Assembly (NCBI GenBank): GCA_028534125.1
Contig: CM052816.1
Location: 70,434,001 to 70,498,000, forward strand
Direction: 5' to 3'
DNA length: 64,000 nt
Origin: Lama glama
Taxonomy: Eukaryota
The translations under genes and the position numbers were made by a program. The notes below the pieces were generated by a model. That model was not told the DNA's origin, did not search any database, and saw only the letters and a list, made by a program, of their open reading frames with translations. Shown in pieces: positions 49,700 to 62,763 of the stretch (positions are counted from its first letter, which is position 1; the number at the start of each line of letters is the position of its first letter).

Positions 49700-50245
49700 T
49701 TTAAATCACATCATTTCATCTTTCTGCTTAGAATACCCCTATGCCTTACCACTATCCTGAGAAGAAGATCCAATTTCCTTACCACAGTTTCAAAGGTCCT
49801 TCATGATCTGGCCCTTGTGTATCTGGTGACTCTTACTTTCCAACACCTCCTTGCTCACTGTGTTCCAGCCACACCGGCTTTCCTTCTGTCCTTTGAACAT
49901 ATCCTTCATTCTGCTTATGGCCTTTATAGCTGCTTGACCCATTACCTACAACATTCTTCCCAGCTCAGTATTTATGACTTGCCACCTACTGATCATTTAG
50001 TTCTCTGCTCAAATAGGTCTCTGCTGGCCTCGTTGAGACCTCCCCTGACTCCTCTGTCTACCAGCAACACCCTCCTCCTTCAGTACATCAGAATCACAGC
50101 ACTTGTTATCTGAAATGATCTTATGTATCTACACTGTTTTGTGTCTCTCTGCCTACTAAAATCTAAGCAACTTGAGGGCTCAGACCTTGTATCTTTTATT
50201 CACGCCTCTTTTCTCAGCACCTAGGATAATATTTGTCAAATGAAA
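49700..50245 (-). mobile_element. L2-like LINE remnant
   Basis: ttccagccacaccggctttccttctgtcctttgaac...tgagggctcagaccttgtatc...cagcacctagg, typical L2 3' region; boundaries approximate. Confidence 0.6.
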
Positions 50246-50785
50246 TGAATTTTTAATGAATATATTTCTTTGATGATGACTTGAAATAGAAAATTAGGGG
50301 TAAGAAAGATCACTCATAATCATATCATTCTATTTTAAATGCAGTTAATTGGGATATGCTATTTCCTTCCAGTACTTTTTCCTCTAATACTTAAACCATA
50401 GTGTATATTACAATTTGTAGACTCCTATTTCTTACTGCTTGTTTGCCTGCCTATGGCAGAATCATCTCGACTCATTTGATCCCCACAACAACTTTGTGAA
50501 ACAGTAAAACCTGGCTATTATTACCAATGCACAAATAAGGAAACTGCAACTCGTGGGGCTTAGGTGCTTTCTTGCTCAATGCCACACAATTGGTGGTTGA
50601 GTTCTGAGTCCTGGTCTGGCTCATCTGCTCAACCTTATCGTCCAGAATTTCCATTCATAAATGGTCTGCTTATTTTCCTCACAAGCATGTCCTTCTCTTC
50701 TTCTCTCACCATCCCTTCATTCCATTGATCCTACACCTCTTCTTTCCTGCTACTTCAATCCTTCCCTCAAAAGCCTGCCTCTTTT

Positions 50786-50921
50786 GGGGGTGGGAAGGGA
50801 CAGAATGGGATTTCAAAATTTGTAGACACTGACAGGCATATGTAGAATAGATAAACAAGATTATACTGTATAGCACACGGAAATATATACAAGATCTTAT
50901 GGTGGCTCACAGCGAAAAAAA
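50786..50921 (+). mobile_element. L1 3' UTR fragment running into the assembly gap
   Basis: ggggtgggaagggacag...atagataaacaagattatactgtatagcac, homologous to the L1 tail at about 30110. Confidence 0.75.
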
Positions 50922-51421
50922 NNNNNNNNNNNNNNNNNNNNNNNNNNNNNNNNNNNNNNNNNNNNNNNNNNNNNNNNNNNNNNNNNNNNNNNNNNNNNNN
51001 NNNNNNNNNNNNNNNNNNNNNNNNNNNNNNNNNNNNNNNNNNNNNNNNNNNNNNNNNNNNNNNNNNNNNNNNNNNNNNNNNNNNNNNNNNNNNNNNNNNN
51101 NNNNNNNNNNNNNNNNNNNNNNNNNNNNNNNNNNNNNNNNNNNNNNNNNNNNNNNNNNNNNNNNNNNNNNNNNNNNNNNNNNNNNNNNNNNNNNNNNNNN
51201 NNNNNNNNNNNNNNNNNNNNNNNNNNNNNNNNNNNNNNNNNNNNNNNNNNNNNNNNNNNNNNNNNNNNNNNNNNNNNNNNNNNNNNNNNNNNNNNNNNNN
51301 NNNNNNNNNNNNNNNNNNNNNNNNNNNNNNNNNNNNNNNNNNNNNNNNNNNNNNNNNNNNNNNNNNNNNNNNNNNNNNNNNNNNNNNNNNNNNNNNNNNN
51401 NNNNNNNNNNNNNNNNNNNNN
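50922..51421. other. Assembly gap (exactly 500 N)
   Basis: N run seen directly. Confidence 1.
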
Positions 51422-52431
51422 TCATATTATCACCCAGAGTGTAACTCTTCCCTCCCTTGCCCTCGTGTGGATGTCGTGAACACAGTAATAGCACAGCAGA
51501 GTATTTATCCAAGGTGACCTTGCTGTGCATTTGTTGACAGTAACTGAGCCCATGCATTCAGTGAATCTCACCAAAACTTACTGCAAATATAAGCAACATA
51601 TCTCCTAGAGGTTTATCTAAATTCCTCTATGTCGCCAGTTAAAAGGGGGTTGTGTTTCATCCTTGATTATAACCTGGCTTGTTGCCATTTTAATATCCAT
51701 AGGCAAACCAGATAGTTAAACACACATTGATTAATGCAGACTTTTTTCTTCTACTCACTTAAAAATTTTATAGCACCTCCTGCCCTGAGAGTTCCTGTTC
51801 ATCTCTGAAATAGATTTCTGGGAAACCTTAATAATTTAAGAATTTGTTTCAGCAAATATGGAGTTTATTCTCCCATTTTATCCTGTAGCCCAATTTTAAA
51901 TGAATAGATAATTCAAAAGAGAAATAAATATGTTTTGGGATTAGATAGAATTAACCCAGTTTTGTTCTCAAAATGTAGTGAAGCTCGCTCTAAAAGGAAT
52001 GAAATCTTTGGGAAACAAGAGTAGAAATAAGTGTATTAAACAAAACAAGTCATTTTATATTCAACAACAAAAATTTGTTGGGAAATTTTATTTACTTCCA
52101 TGATGTCATTGTTAGAGCTTAATGACATATATTTGTAGTAGAAAGTGGCAGAAGGAGAATCTAATTGGTGTGGCCAGTGCAAAATTTAAGCATATCTACA
52201 TATGTTGAAGGGCCGGTGGTGCAGGCTTTTCATAGAAGGGGTTCCATTGAAAAAAAGATTCAGAGACATAAAGGGGGAAAAATTCATATCTCTTAATAAG
52301 AGAATTAAGGCCAAAAGTAAGAGGTAGAACTAGGAAGAGATGGTATATTGCATTCTGGCCCATTCCTGTAGATGTTTGCTGGCATTTTAGGGGGGTAATG
52401 TCTCTGTGAAATAGTGAACAAAAACATAAGA

Positions 52432-52700
52432 ACTCCTTCAGTTATAAAATAAGTAAGTTAGAGGGATGTAAGGTACCGCATGGTGACTGAAGTTAATAAT
52501 ACTGTACTTATATTTGAAAGTTGCTAAGAGACTAGATCTTAAAAGTTCTCATCACAAATAAAAAGTCTGCAATTACGTGTGGTGGTGGATGTTAACTAGA
52601 TTTATTGTGCTGATCATTGTCAATATATACATGTGTTGAATCATTGTGTTGTACACCTAATATAATATTATATGCCGGTTATATCTCAGTAAAAAATAAA
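52432..52700 (+). mobile_element. L1 3' end (L1MA-type)
   Basis: cagttataaaataagtaag...aaagttgctaagagactagatcttaaaagttctcatcac...ttatatctcagtaaaa. Confidence 0.8.
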
Positions 52701-52989
52701 ATCCAAATGAATCATGTATGTGAACGCTAAGGGCCTGAATCTCTATGACAGTGCAAGCAGAGGGTGTCACTGCTTTAAGGCGGTGGAGTACATCTCTCTC
52801 CCGTGCCCGGTAGGGACTGGTCCTCAGAAGCTGCGGAGGTACTGGCAGAAGCAGGGGTATAGGACAGTGACCTGAGCATTGCAGGGGCAACAGGAGGGTC
52901 CAGCCATCACCGAGACATGGGTGAACACTATTAGGGGACAGCGAAGTTTCTGAGAACTATGCTTAATAGTCCAGGAGCAACACCCTCAT

Positions 52990-54013
52990 TTAAATCAGGC
53001 CTGGGTGAAACTCTAGGTTTGATCGGTCTTGGGGCAAAATTTCTCCCCATCTGGGGGGTCTGAGAAACTAGAAAACAAGTTCCCTGCTTTAAAAAAATAA
53101 GAGTATGACAGGCATGGGATAGACATTTCCATTTAAAAGGGAGGGACTGGAAGGAATAAAGGAATCACTGGTACCTAGAAAGTTTAACACAGCAGGTCAA
53201 ATTCCATTAGGTTTCAAAGCCTGAGAATAATCCTCTGTTGCTCAGGACTCCATCCTCACGGTCTGCAAGAGCCCTACGGGCCTCTGCCTCTCTGTCCCCT
53301 CTGGTCCAAGATGGCAGCCTTTCTGCTGAGACAACATTCCTAAAAACATCATAGGTCTCCTGTGTATGTCATGAGCATCCATGCCATCAGACAAGAGAGC
53401 TCTCCACGGATCTTTCCTGGATGACTCTGCCGCTATTCCTGGCCTCTGCCAAGGTGGTTGAGAGGATCCATGAATCCATGAATCATACACCTAATCCAGT
53501 CAGCAAAATGTTTTCCAACTACACCCTTGGCCTTCTCTTGAGAGCACACTTTCCTAACAATGAGTCTCCTAATATTTGCTTTTGTGGGATAATCTGGGCA
53601 GGCTGAGAATTTCTCAAATCCTTAAGTACTGTTATTTTTTGTTTAAAATTTCCTTCCTCAATTTCTCTCCTTCCTTTTGCCTTTTACTACAATCAGCAAG
53701 AAAAAAGCAGATGGCACCTTCGACATTTTGCTTGGAAATCTCCTCAGCTAAATATCTCAGTGCATTTCATTGCTTGAAAGCTACCCACACGACAGTGGGA
53801 GATAATTAGGCCAAATTTTCTGCCACTATATAACAAGGATCACCTTTCCTCTAGTTTCCAATAACATGTTCCTTCTTCCCTTCTGACCCCTCACAGTTTC
53901 CACAAGACAACCTCCAGAGCTCCTCTGTCTAAATGAAGAAACAGTCACAGATTTGGGGGACTAGGAGATAGAAATATCTTTTGAGGGACCTCCATCCAAT
54001 TCAACTCAATACA
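52990..54013 (-). mobile_element. MaLR (MLT1) internal sequence plus partial LTR
   Basis: caccttcgacattttgcttggaaatctcctcagctaaatatc resembles recalled MLT1-int; the reverse complement of 53950-54013 resembles an MLT1 LTR 5' end. Confidence 0.6.
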
Positions 54014-54029
54014 GTGGGGATGCCAATAA

Positions 54030-54439
54030 TGTAAGATCCTTACTAATGTTTACCTGGGCCATTTCCTGGGGCCGTGTTTGCAGGGAGCAAACTTGAGGGT
54101 GAGGTCATCCCTCTCTCTCCAGGACAAAGAACAGTTTTGCTGACTTCTTGCTATAAAACAGCAGGTCACCCAGCTCAGTTTTTCTCTCTCAGAATGCCAC
54201 CTACTGTGTGTGCAGGCACCCATTTGCATCTCCTCCTGTAGCCCTCGTTGAGACTTCAAGGGGAAGCACAAGGGGAACTGATGTCCACATGCTCACGCTC
54301 ATGCTGCCCACTGCACTGTGAGTAATCAAGTCCTTTGTCTCTGACTCAAGAATCTCATGTCATCTGCCAGTGTCCATGAAACAGTAACAGGCTAACGTAT
54401 TGGCTCGTACAAAGGGTAAAATCAAATACAGACCTGTCA
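54030..54439 (+). mobile_element. ERVL solo LTR (LTR40/LTR41-like)
   Basis: TG...CA ends, TATAAAA near 54151, gtcctttgtctctgactcaagaatctcatgtcatctgccagtgtccatgaaac 3' motif. Confidence 0.7.
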
Positions 54440-54782
54440 GAGAATAAAAACTGGGAAGCCAGGATATTGAGGGCTGAATGACAATGAAAATGCATACCTC
54501 TTGGGGGTTCAGAGAAATCCTGGGAGGGCACTGTATTTTCTTACAAGGTGGAATAGGAACTTTAAAATAATCATATTTCAATTTTAAGAAGCAGACTGAC
54601 TCCAGCTGAACTCTGGGTAATAATTTCATAATTTGTTGTGCTTCATAATTTATGGACACTTTTTTATAGTGAATGCATATATCATTTATTTGACTGTTAC
54701 TCTGTATTCATATTAAAGAAATATGTGCATCACTTCCATGGCCAGAAATGAATGCATGAATATATTCTTAAGCCTAAGGGGT

Positions 54783-55172
54783 TGTTATCAATGAATTGTA
54801 TCTCTCCCAGATTCCCACGCTGAAACTCTAATTCCTAATATGACTATATTTGAATACAGAGCCTTTAAGGAGGTAATTAGATTAAAAGAGGTCATAAAGA
54901 TGGGACCATAATCCAATAGGTTGGGTGATCACGTAAGACAAGGAAGAGACACCAGAGATCTCTCTCTCTGTATGTGTACAGAGAAGAAACCGCATGAGGA
55001 CACAGCCAGAAGGCAGCAGTCTATAAACCAGGAGGAGAGTCATTTCCAGAAACCAACCCTGATGGTCCCTGATCTTGGACTACTATCTCCAGAACCATAA
55101 GAAAATAAATATCTGTTGTTAAAGCCGCTCGTTCTGTGGTATCTTGTTATGGCAGCCCCAGCAGACTAAGAC
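54783..55172 (+). mobile_element. MaLR solo LTR (MLT1A/B-like)
   Basis: tgttatcaatgaattgt...ttgttatggcagccccagcagactaagac; 5-bp TSD ggggt on both sides. Confidence 0.85.
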
Positions 55173-56204
55173 GGGGTAAATCAGATGATACCAGGAACTG
55201 TCAATTTACTATTCTGAGTTTCAAAGATAATTCTGTCAATACACAGAGGCACAAATATAAACAGAGAGAGAGATATACTAACTCCAGTTATATCATTTAA
55301 GATTCATAGTTTGTATGAAAAAAAAATCCAAGAGTTTTTGGTGACAAAGTAATTGCATCAAATCTTGGAGAACTGTAGCATGGAGTTAGGTAATTTTGAG
55401 GCTCTTTCACATTTTTTGACCTTACAGGCAATGAACATCTTCAAAAGTCCACAGCAATTGCTTCTTAAGTCCATTTATTATGATTAAGTACTTCCTAACA
55501 ACTCAATAGATGGCCTTTTCTTCATAAAGATGTTGCAGGATGAGTTGCCGTTTGGCAGACTGTCTCCCAGTAGCCAGGAGGACCAGGCAAGCTACTGGAA
55601 TACTAGCTCATTGATTCACTTTCTGTTTTAACACTTTCTTCCTAAATTCCTTCTATGTGAAAGGAGAAACTCCTCTCTCTCCCTCCCTCTCTTTCAGAAT
55701 AGCAGTTTTGTGCATTTACCACATCAGCGCCCGCTGAATAGCTTACTCAGTAACAAGATATGCCTCACATATCTCAAGGCCATGTGTGGAAATAATTGGC
55801 ATAATTGAAGTTAGTATTGCTTCTATCATATCTCTGGTCATAGGTCTCGTCTCTATAAACTCTTGGTTCCGGTCTTCCCCTGCCTTTCTAGCCTGCACAC
55901 ACCCTTCTTCAACTCCCAGGATACTTATGAATTGCATCTCTTATTGTGGTGTACTACCCTGAAATAGTACTCCGCAATTCTCGTGGGGAAGTTTCGTCTC
56001 GATAGCTGTACAAGCATTCCCTATCCAACCCGCCTGACCCCACCCCCTACCCTATCTTTTTATCTCACTCGCTTGGACTCCCAGCTTTTCCTTAAATGCA
56101 CTCTGACCTCAAGCCTTTTATATTTGTTCCCTCTGCATTGAACACTCTTCCCAGAGAGCATTCTGTTTCTGCGTCAAATAGCAACCCATCAGAGCTGCCT
56201 TTCC

Positions 56205-56743
56205 TCACTCCCCGGGATCCCCATCTCCTGCTATTCATGCCATTGTGTGATCCTCTCCCCTGAGTGAGGGCAGGAGCTGTGACTTCAAAACAATAGAACT
56301 GAAGATTCAAAATGTAGAATGAAATATCATAGGATGACACTTCTATGATTACTACATAAGATTGTAACTTTCATCTTGCCAGTTTGCTTTCTCTTGTTGG
56401 CTTTGATGAAACAAAGAGGACCATAAGGCTAGGAACTGAGGGCAGCCTCTGGCTGAGAGCCAGTGAGAAACTGAAGCTGTCAGTCCAACAGCCCTGGAGA
56501 AAATTAATTCTACTGACATTCAAAGTGAGCAGAAATGGATCCTTCCTTGGTTAAGCATTCAGATGAGACCTCTGCCCTGGCCAACACCTCGACTGCAGTG
56601 TTTTGAGATATCCTGAAGCAAAGGACCCCAGTGAAGCCAAGCCCAAATTCCTGGCCCACAGAAATTGTAAGATAATAAATTTATATTATTTTAAGTCACT
56701 ATATGTGTGGTAAGCTGTTACATAGCAGTAGATATAACATAAC
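56205..56743 (+). mobile_element. MaLR LTR (MLT1E/F-like)
   Basis: ccatctcctgctattcatgccattgtgtgatcctctcccctgagtg...aataaa...ttttaagtcact...gttacatagcagtagat. Confidence 0.75.
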
Positions 56744-56892
56744 CCCACATGATACAATACCTTCCCAATCTACACTCCCTGCCCAGCATTCTCTGTCCCC
56801 CTTATTTTGCTATATTTTTCTTAATAGAGCATTGCTACCTCATGTGTTATATATTTTATCTTTTTAATTTGTCTGTTTCCCTAATTAGAACC

Positions 56893-57599
56893 TGTGCGGG
56901 AAGATCTAAGTTTTGTAGGGATTGAAGCATCTATAATTTGAGGCAGGGTGGCTTTTTAAGGGAAAAAAATTACAAAATTATGAATCAAATTCAAGTACAA
57001 AATTAAATATTTATTTAGGATGAGAAAAGCAATCCTAGCAAATTATATATTTTTAAAAGCTGAAAAACAGAAAAAATATAACACACATTTTCTGATGCCT
57101 GACATACTTCTATAATACCTTTTCCCTACAGTTTTTGGCTCTATATCTTTTGATCACCTCTTCACACACACTTGACAATTTTATAAAATAATATTCTCTA
57201 AAAAGTATTTAAATTTAGGGGGTATGGTAAATTGGATTTTTAAAATTTCATTATAGTTAAGAAAAGTTCTTTTCCTTTTCATAACTCCTTATTTGTAATG
57301 TCATGTAAATGTTTAGGACAGTTTTCCAGTATCATACAGGAGGTACAATATTTTAAGGCACCTCAAGTTTTCTTTTAGAGGGATTAATCCAGAAATGTTT
57401 TGAGTTGATGACATGTATCAACCAGTTTGTTGCTAATGTCTTTGTTTACATATGCTGTATTAGGGTACAAAAGAGACAGTGACCTGAGCTTTTGAATATT
57501 TAATAAAAATATCAGGCATGTGAATACATGGAAGGAGGTCTGCAGAGTGAGGGTCCCTGAAGTGTAAGCATCACTGGTTTTCTGGTAAATGTGCCTTTG
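56893..57599. mobile_element. hAT DNA transposon with MER53-like ends
   Basis: gatctaagttttgtagggattgaagcatctataatttg...gagggtccctgaagtgtaagcatcactgg...ggtaaatgtgcctttg; family assignment from recall. Confidence 0.55.
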
Positions 57600-59465
57600 T
57601 CCCTAAAAGTAGGGACCTTGTTTTCCTGCCATATTTGTTTACTGCTATATCCCTCAGTACTCAGAGTAGTGCTCAGCATCTGCATGGTTATAGGTCAGTG
57701 ATAATCAACTGAATTAACAGGTAGACTGCTCATTGTCTGACTTTCCACCTAATAAATTATGCATATAATGAGAGATGGATAAAGACCAAGTTCATTAATA
57801 AACATATGTTCCAGATTCATACTGGTTCAAAGGAGGATGCTTGAATGAGGGCAGGTTACCAAGAAGATAAATAGGTAGATGGATTAAAAGACAGATTAAT
57901 AAATATGTATACAGATAAGTACATATGTATGTCTATACAAATATAAACACACATGTTATTTTCGATTTAGAATTTTAGAGTATATTTACCTACGCTTTTT
58001 ACCTAGCTATAGGAGAGTGCTAGAAAGAAGACCGACTACATTTGGGGGTGATAAGGTGGCAGAATGCTGGAAGTACAAAGATTATTATTTTTTAACTGAA
58101 AAAAATCCACATACTGGGCAAGACCAACAATATCTCATTGGCCTCTGAGGTTTGCATAGCTCTGTGACCTTGGGCAAGTTCCTCATCCTATACAAATAAA
58201 CCAGTGCTTTTTCACCTGTGAAATGGACATAATCTATGAGCCGACCTCATTGTGAGAGACAGTGTCTATAAAACTCTCAACCCCTTGTCCAGCAAATAAT
58301 GAGTGCTTAGTAAAGTCAGCTTATTTTTTTTTCACTATTAGTATCATTATATGTTTCTGATGAGAGCATACCTTTTGAGAAATTTTAAAAGGCATACTAA
58401 TCTAGGACCCCACTTTCACTCCTAACATGAACAGCATATCCTGAATACACTTCCATTTCAGTTTCTGAGAACTGCTGTGTAATGGTAGGAGGCGGTGTGC
58501 CTGCATTTTGCTGAGGCACGCTCAGAACACACCACGAGAGCCAACGAAGTATTATCAGCCCATGGACCCTCCAGGAAGCCACAAAAGCAGGAAGTAGGGT
58601 TACTCACACTCTGACTTTAAAACTAAGAAAACAGACTTCAAACTCTCAAGTGTAGCTAATCATTGCCTAGAATATGTACGACAACGGAAAATGGTCATAG
58701 GTAGCATGAGATCCTTTAAACACATACAAAATTATGAGAAAACATTCCCAATAGCACTGTCTTCACGCTGAAAGGACAATACTGCAGAAATAATTTAGAA
58801 AGAACCTTCTCTCTCCTCTCAAAATAAACAACTAAACTTAGAAATTACAGGCCCTTTGAAAATGACCACACATTCACTGTATACAGATTTTAGCTCTCCA
58901 GTGTCTGGCTGATAGCTATAATGCTTTAAAAAAAAAAAAAAAGTAGTACAAAAGCCAAAAGCACAAAATGACCCTTAAAACTGCTTTTGGAATATTTTGG
59001 TGTAAGTTTCCTGCTTTCATTAAGAGAGAAAAATGCAATTTTTCTTTAAGAGTCCTTGTTTGGAGTGTTAAATTTTACATTCACTAAGGACCTAGGTGCT
59101 ACCATTGTCCTTCACAGGTGACGTTAGAAATGGAAAGCACAGCTCCTGGAGGGGCCGCCTTGAACCCCCCAATTCCTCCAAGTGTCTGACACTACTGCCA
59201 TGTGAGTGTGTCCATTAAGGTCCCTTAAAATAATGATGATAAAAATGGATGAATACCAAGTATATGGATTTTGAAAAGTAATATTAGATAGGCTTTTCCA
59301 CTCATAATTCCATTTGATCCTCCCAACGGCAGGGAATAGCTTGCCTGTGACTTACCCAAAGTCGCCCAGGGAAATGGCATTAAAATTAACATTTAGTCTT
59401 CAGAACCAGAGTTCTTTCCCTGATGCCGTGAACATTAAATGTGCTTAATATATGTTTGGTTAGTG

Positions 59466-59713
59466 TAGTGGCACTCAGCTGGGAGTTATTTTGTCCCTTG
59501 GAGGCATTTGGTAATGTCTAGACATATTTTGGGTTGTCACACTGTGGAGGGGAGGGGAGGGGAGCGTCCACTGGCATTTAGTGGGCAGAGGCCAGGGACA
59601 CTGCTCAACACCCTACAGTGCACAGGTAGCGCCACGTGCCACTCCCACTGTCCCATCCCCCAAAAGAATCATCTGGTCCCCATTGTCAACAATATCAAAG
59701 TTAAACAACTCTG
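59466..59713. mobile_element. MER20 (hAT-Charlie)
   Basis: ggcatttggtaatgtctagacatattttgggttgtcac...ctggcatttagtgggcagaggccagggacactgctcaacaccctacagtgcacagg. Confidence 0.85.
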
Positions 59714-59762
59714 ATCTAAACAATCAACACTCTTGTAAACACCATTACATTGATTAAGTCAC

Positions 59763-60216
59763 TGTGGTGGTTTTAAAACATGTCTGGGACATAGTTAACA
59801 CCCTCCAGCATCATCAAGATGTTGAGTAAGTCTCCTCTCCAAGAATCTAGGTGAGACTAGGTGATTGCTTTGATGAACAGATGCAGTTGCATGATTTCTG
59901 AGTCTAGGGTAGAAAAGACCATCCAGTTTTTGCCAGTTTGGGGGGAAACACTTGACTTTGAGTCCCTGAGTTGCCCAGCAAGAAGTCAGGCCACCCAGAG
60001 GGTGTCATGCTGGAGAAACCTCTTGATGCGATCACATGAAGAGAAAAAGCTACCTACCCTCTGATGCGATAAGAGAAACCTCAAGCTAGAACTGCCCAGA
60101 CAGGCTCTTCTCAAAAATCCTACACAAGAAGCCATGAGAGATAACAAACAATGGTTTTCATTTTAAGCCACTAAGTTTTAGGGTTATTGGTTACATGGCA
60201 ATAGCTAACCAGAACA
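59763..60216 (+). mobile_element. MaLR LTR (MLT1G/H-like)
   Basis: tgtggtggttttaaaacatgtc...ttttaagccactaagttttaggg...gcaatagctaaccagaaca. Confidence 0.75.
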
Positions 60217-62231
60217 ATCTCCAGATTCGGAGACTCAAAGTCAAGTGCTCTGGCAAACAGAATGTCTTCTCTTTCCCCTTAAAGGGTTCCGACCCACGGA
60301 AACACGGAAATCTTAACTAGAGGACTGCCACCCTTCAAGTAAAAATGAATTAAAACCAGTCTGTGGGAAATAGGTGACAAAGAGATGTTTGTCAAAGAGA
60401 TTTTCAGAAGAAATTCTGAAGGCCATCTTGAAATGATGGACCATGCACTGCACGTTGGAGTCCTGGGCTTTAATCATTTTCAAAGCTGGTGATTGTAAAA
60501 TTGAGGCATTTACTAGATGACATTTTGAAGTTTCTTCTATGCCTAAGTTCTAGAATATCGTACTCTACACATATTTTTCAAAAGATGGGCAGTTTTAAAT
60601 TATAACTTAAAAATACACCCTGATGAATATAAAGAATGAGCACCACTTTACAACCACCGAACTACAAAGTTTAAAAAAAAAAACAAACCCTACAAAACTA
60701 AGTTAAAATCTACTGTTGGTAAAATTGGTAAAAACCCCCACTGCTGATGACCACACTGTACCGTATGCAACAAGGGCTAAAAAATACACACGCTTTGACC
60801 CAGTAATGTCTCTTTTGGAAATTGTCCAGAAGGAAAAAGAAAGAAAAAGCTTCTTGTACAATGATATTTATAGCTACATTACTTGCAGTAGGGGGAATAA
60901 CCCACAGGAAACAACCTAAATATGGGACAATGGGACAATAGTTGACCATGGCATGGCAGGATGCATTAATGTAAAGTTATAAATATGAGGGCCCCATGGA
61001 AAAGTATATACAAAAGACATCACATGAAAAAAGTAAGCCAGTCATTTTCATATAAATGGTGAATTTATTTATAGGAAATTATATTTACTTATAAATATCA
61101 AAAGAAATATATTTTTCTGTTAACATTAATATTTTAGTATGTCATTTTCTATAAGAATATTAAGATATTCTGCTTTCTAAAGAAAAGTTACAAACTGAAA
61201 GTATTAATCAAGTTTAGTACTTCAATGTTCAACCTCAAGTTTATTTATATTATGCGAATTCTATTTTTATTTTTAAAAAATTTTTACCAGTCATTTTCTG
61301 AGTGCTTACTATATGCTAGGTCCTGGGAGTACAATGATAAATAGGATGAAAGGTGAGCTTAAAAATGTATTCAGAGGGAGTGACAGTCAAGCTGAAGATA
61401 AATTACAGTGCTGCTTTATGAGAACAGAAAAGGGGAATAGGAAAGAGTTTTTTTAGGGGTAAAAAAGGTGTCTCAGGACAGAAAAGAGTTTTTTTGGTGG
61501 GGGGTGGGGGAAGAAGCCTGCACTATCCTAATGCTTTTATTCATCTTGTTATTTGTCAACAGAGCCATCCTAGTTAGACATTTCAAGACAAAAGAGAAAC
61601 ATTCCAAAAGCAAACAAACTCTCGAAGTGAAAAGAAAAGCTGATCAGCTAAAGGGAATAGTTTAGCCAATTTGGAGAAACCTGCAAACAGAGGGTTTGGG
61701 GCATATACTAGCTGGAAAGAACTGGGAAGTTTTCAGCTTTGCATCCATCCAGAAAGTGTGCCTTTAATTCACATTACAGGAGCTGTCATATGCGTTTCAT
61801 TCATTCAACAAAACTCAACTTGGCACAAGTGAAGAACACATGGGCCCCGTCTTCTCTGCGATCCCTGGGAGTTAGAGCCACATTGATAGATCACCGAGAT
61901 AGGATGTGATAACTGTTGTGGAAGGGTCCACATGAGGAGGACGACTAGACTGGATTAGGGGTTGGGAAGGCTTCTTGGGGTGGTTGAGCCTCAGGGAAAT
62001 TGCGACTTAAAGGATGTACAGAATAGGGGTTGGGGGCTGAACTGTATTTTAGAGAGAACACAGGTAAAGGTAAGAGACCATGGGATTATACTCTTAAAAA
62101 GAGCTAAGGTCACATCTCACTTGAACCATAGCCCCCAAAAGTAATAAAATGACACAAATATATTAAGGTCTGATGATTTGGGGGCAAAAAATAAATACTG
62201 TACTAATACAAGGGATTTATTAATTACTGCA

Positions 62232-62581
62232 TGCTATGGTCTGAATGTTTGTATCTTATCAAACTTCGTATGTTGAAATCCTAACTCCCAAAGGTGATGG
62301 TGTTAGGAGGTGGGAACGTTGGGAGGTGCGTAGGCTTTGCCCTCATGAATGGGATGAGTGCCTTATTTAAGAGGCTCCAGAGAGGCCCCGAGCCCCTTCT
62401 ACCATATGAGGACACAGCAAAAAGGCACCGGCTATGAACCAGGAAGAGGGCTCTCAGCAGAATTCAGCCACGCGGGACCTTGATCTTGGACTCCGCAGCC
62501 TTCAGAACTGCGAGCAATGCCTTTGTTTACAAGCCAGCGGCCTGTGGGATTTTGTTACAGCAGCCGGACAGAACTAAGACA
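62232..62581 (+). mobile_element. MaLR solo LTR (MLT1A0-like)
   Basis: tgctatggtctgaatgtttgt...atgttgaaatcctaactcccaaaggtgatggtgttaggaggtggg...gaactaagaca. Confidence 0.88.
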
Positions 62582-62737
62582 CATTGATATTTACATAAAT
62601 TATTTATGTAACCATCTTTCAATTTGGCATTAAGACTTTTTTATTTGGGCTATTTAATTACATTTTATACTGAAAGAGAAATAAAGATCACATAAAAGTC
62701 TCTCAATTTCCAAGGTTAGGTCCCCTCACCCCCCCAC

Positions 62738-62763
62738 CACACACACACACACACACACACACA
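62738..62763. repeat. (CA)n microsatellite
   Basis: Seen directly. Confidence 0.95.

Noticed and set aside
50899..51557. Longest ORFs in the track (181 and 216 aa)
   Set aside because: Artefacts of translating through the N gap
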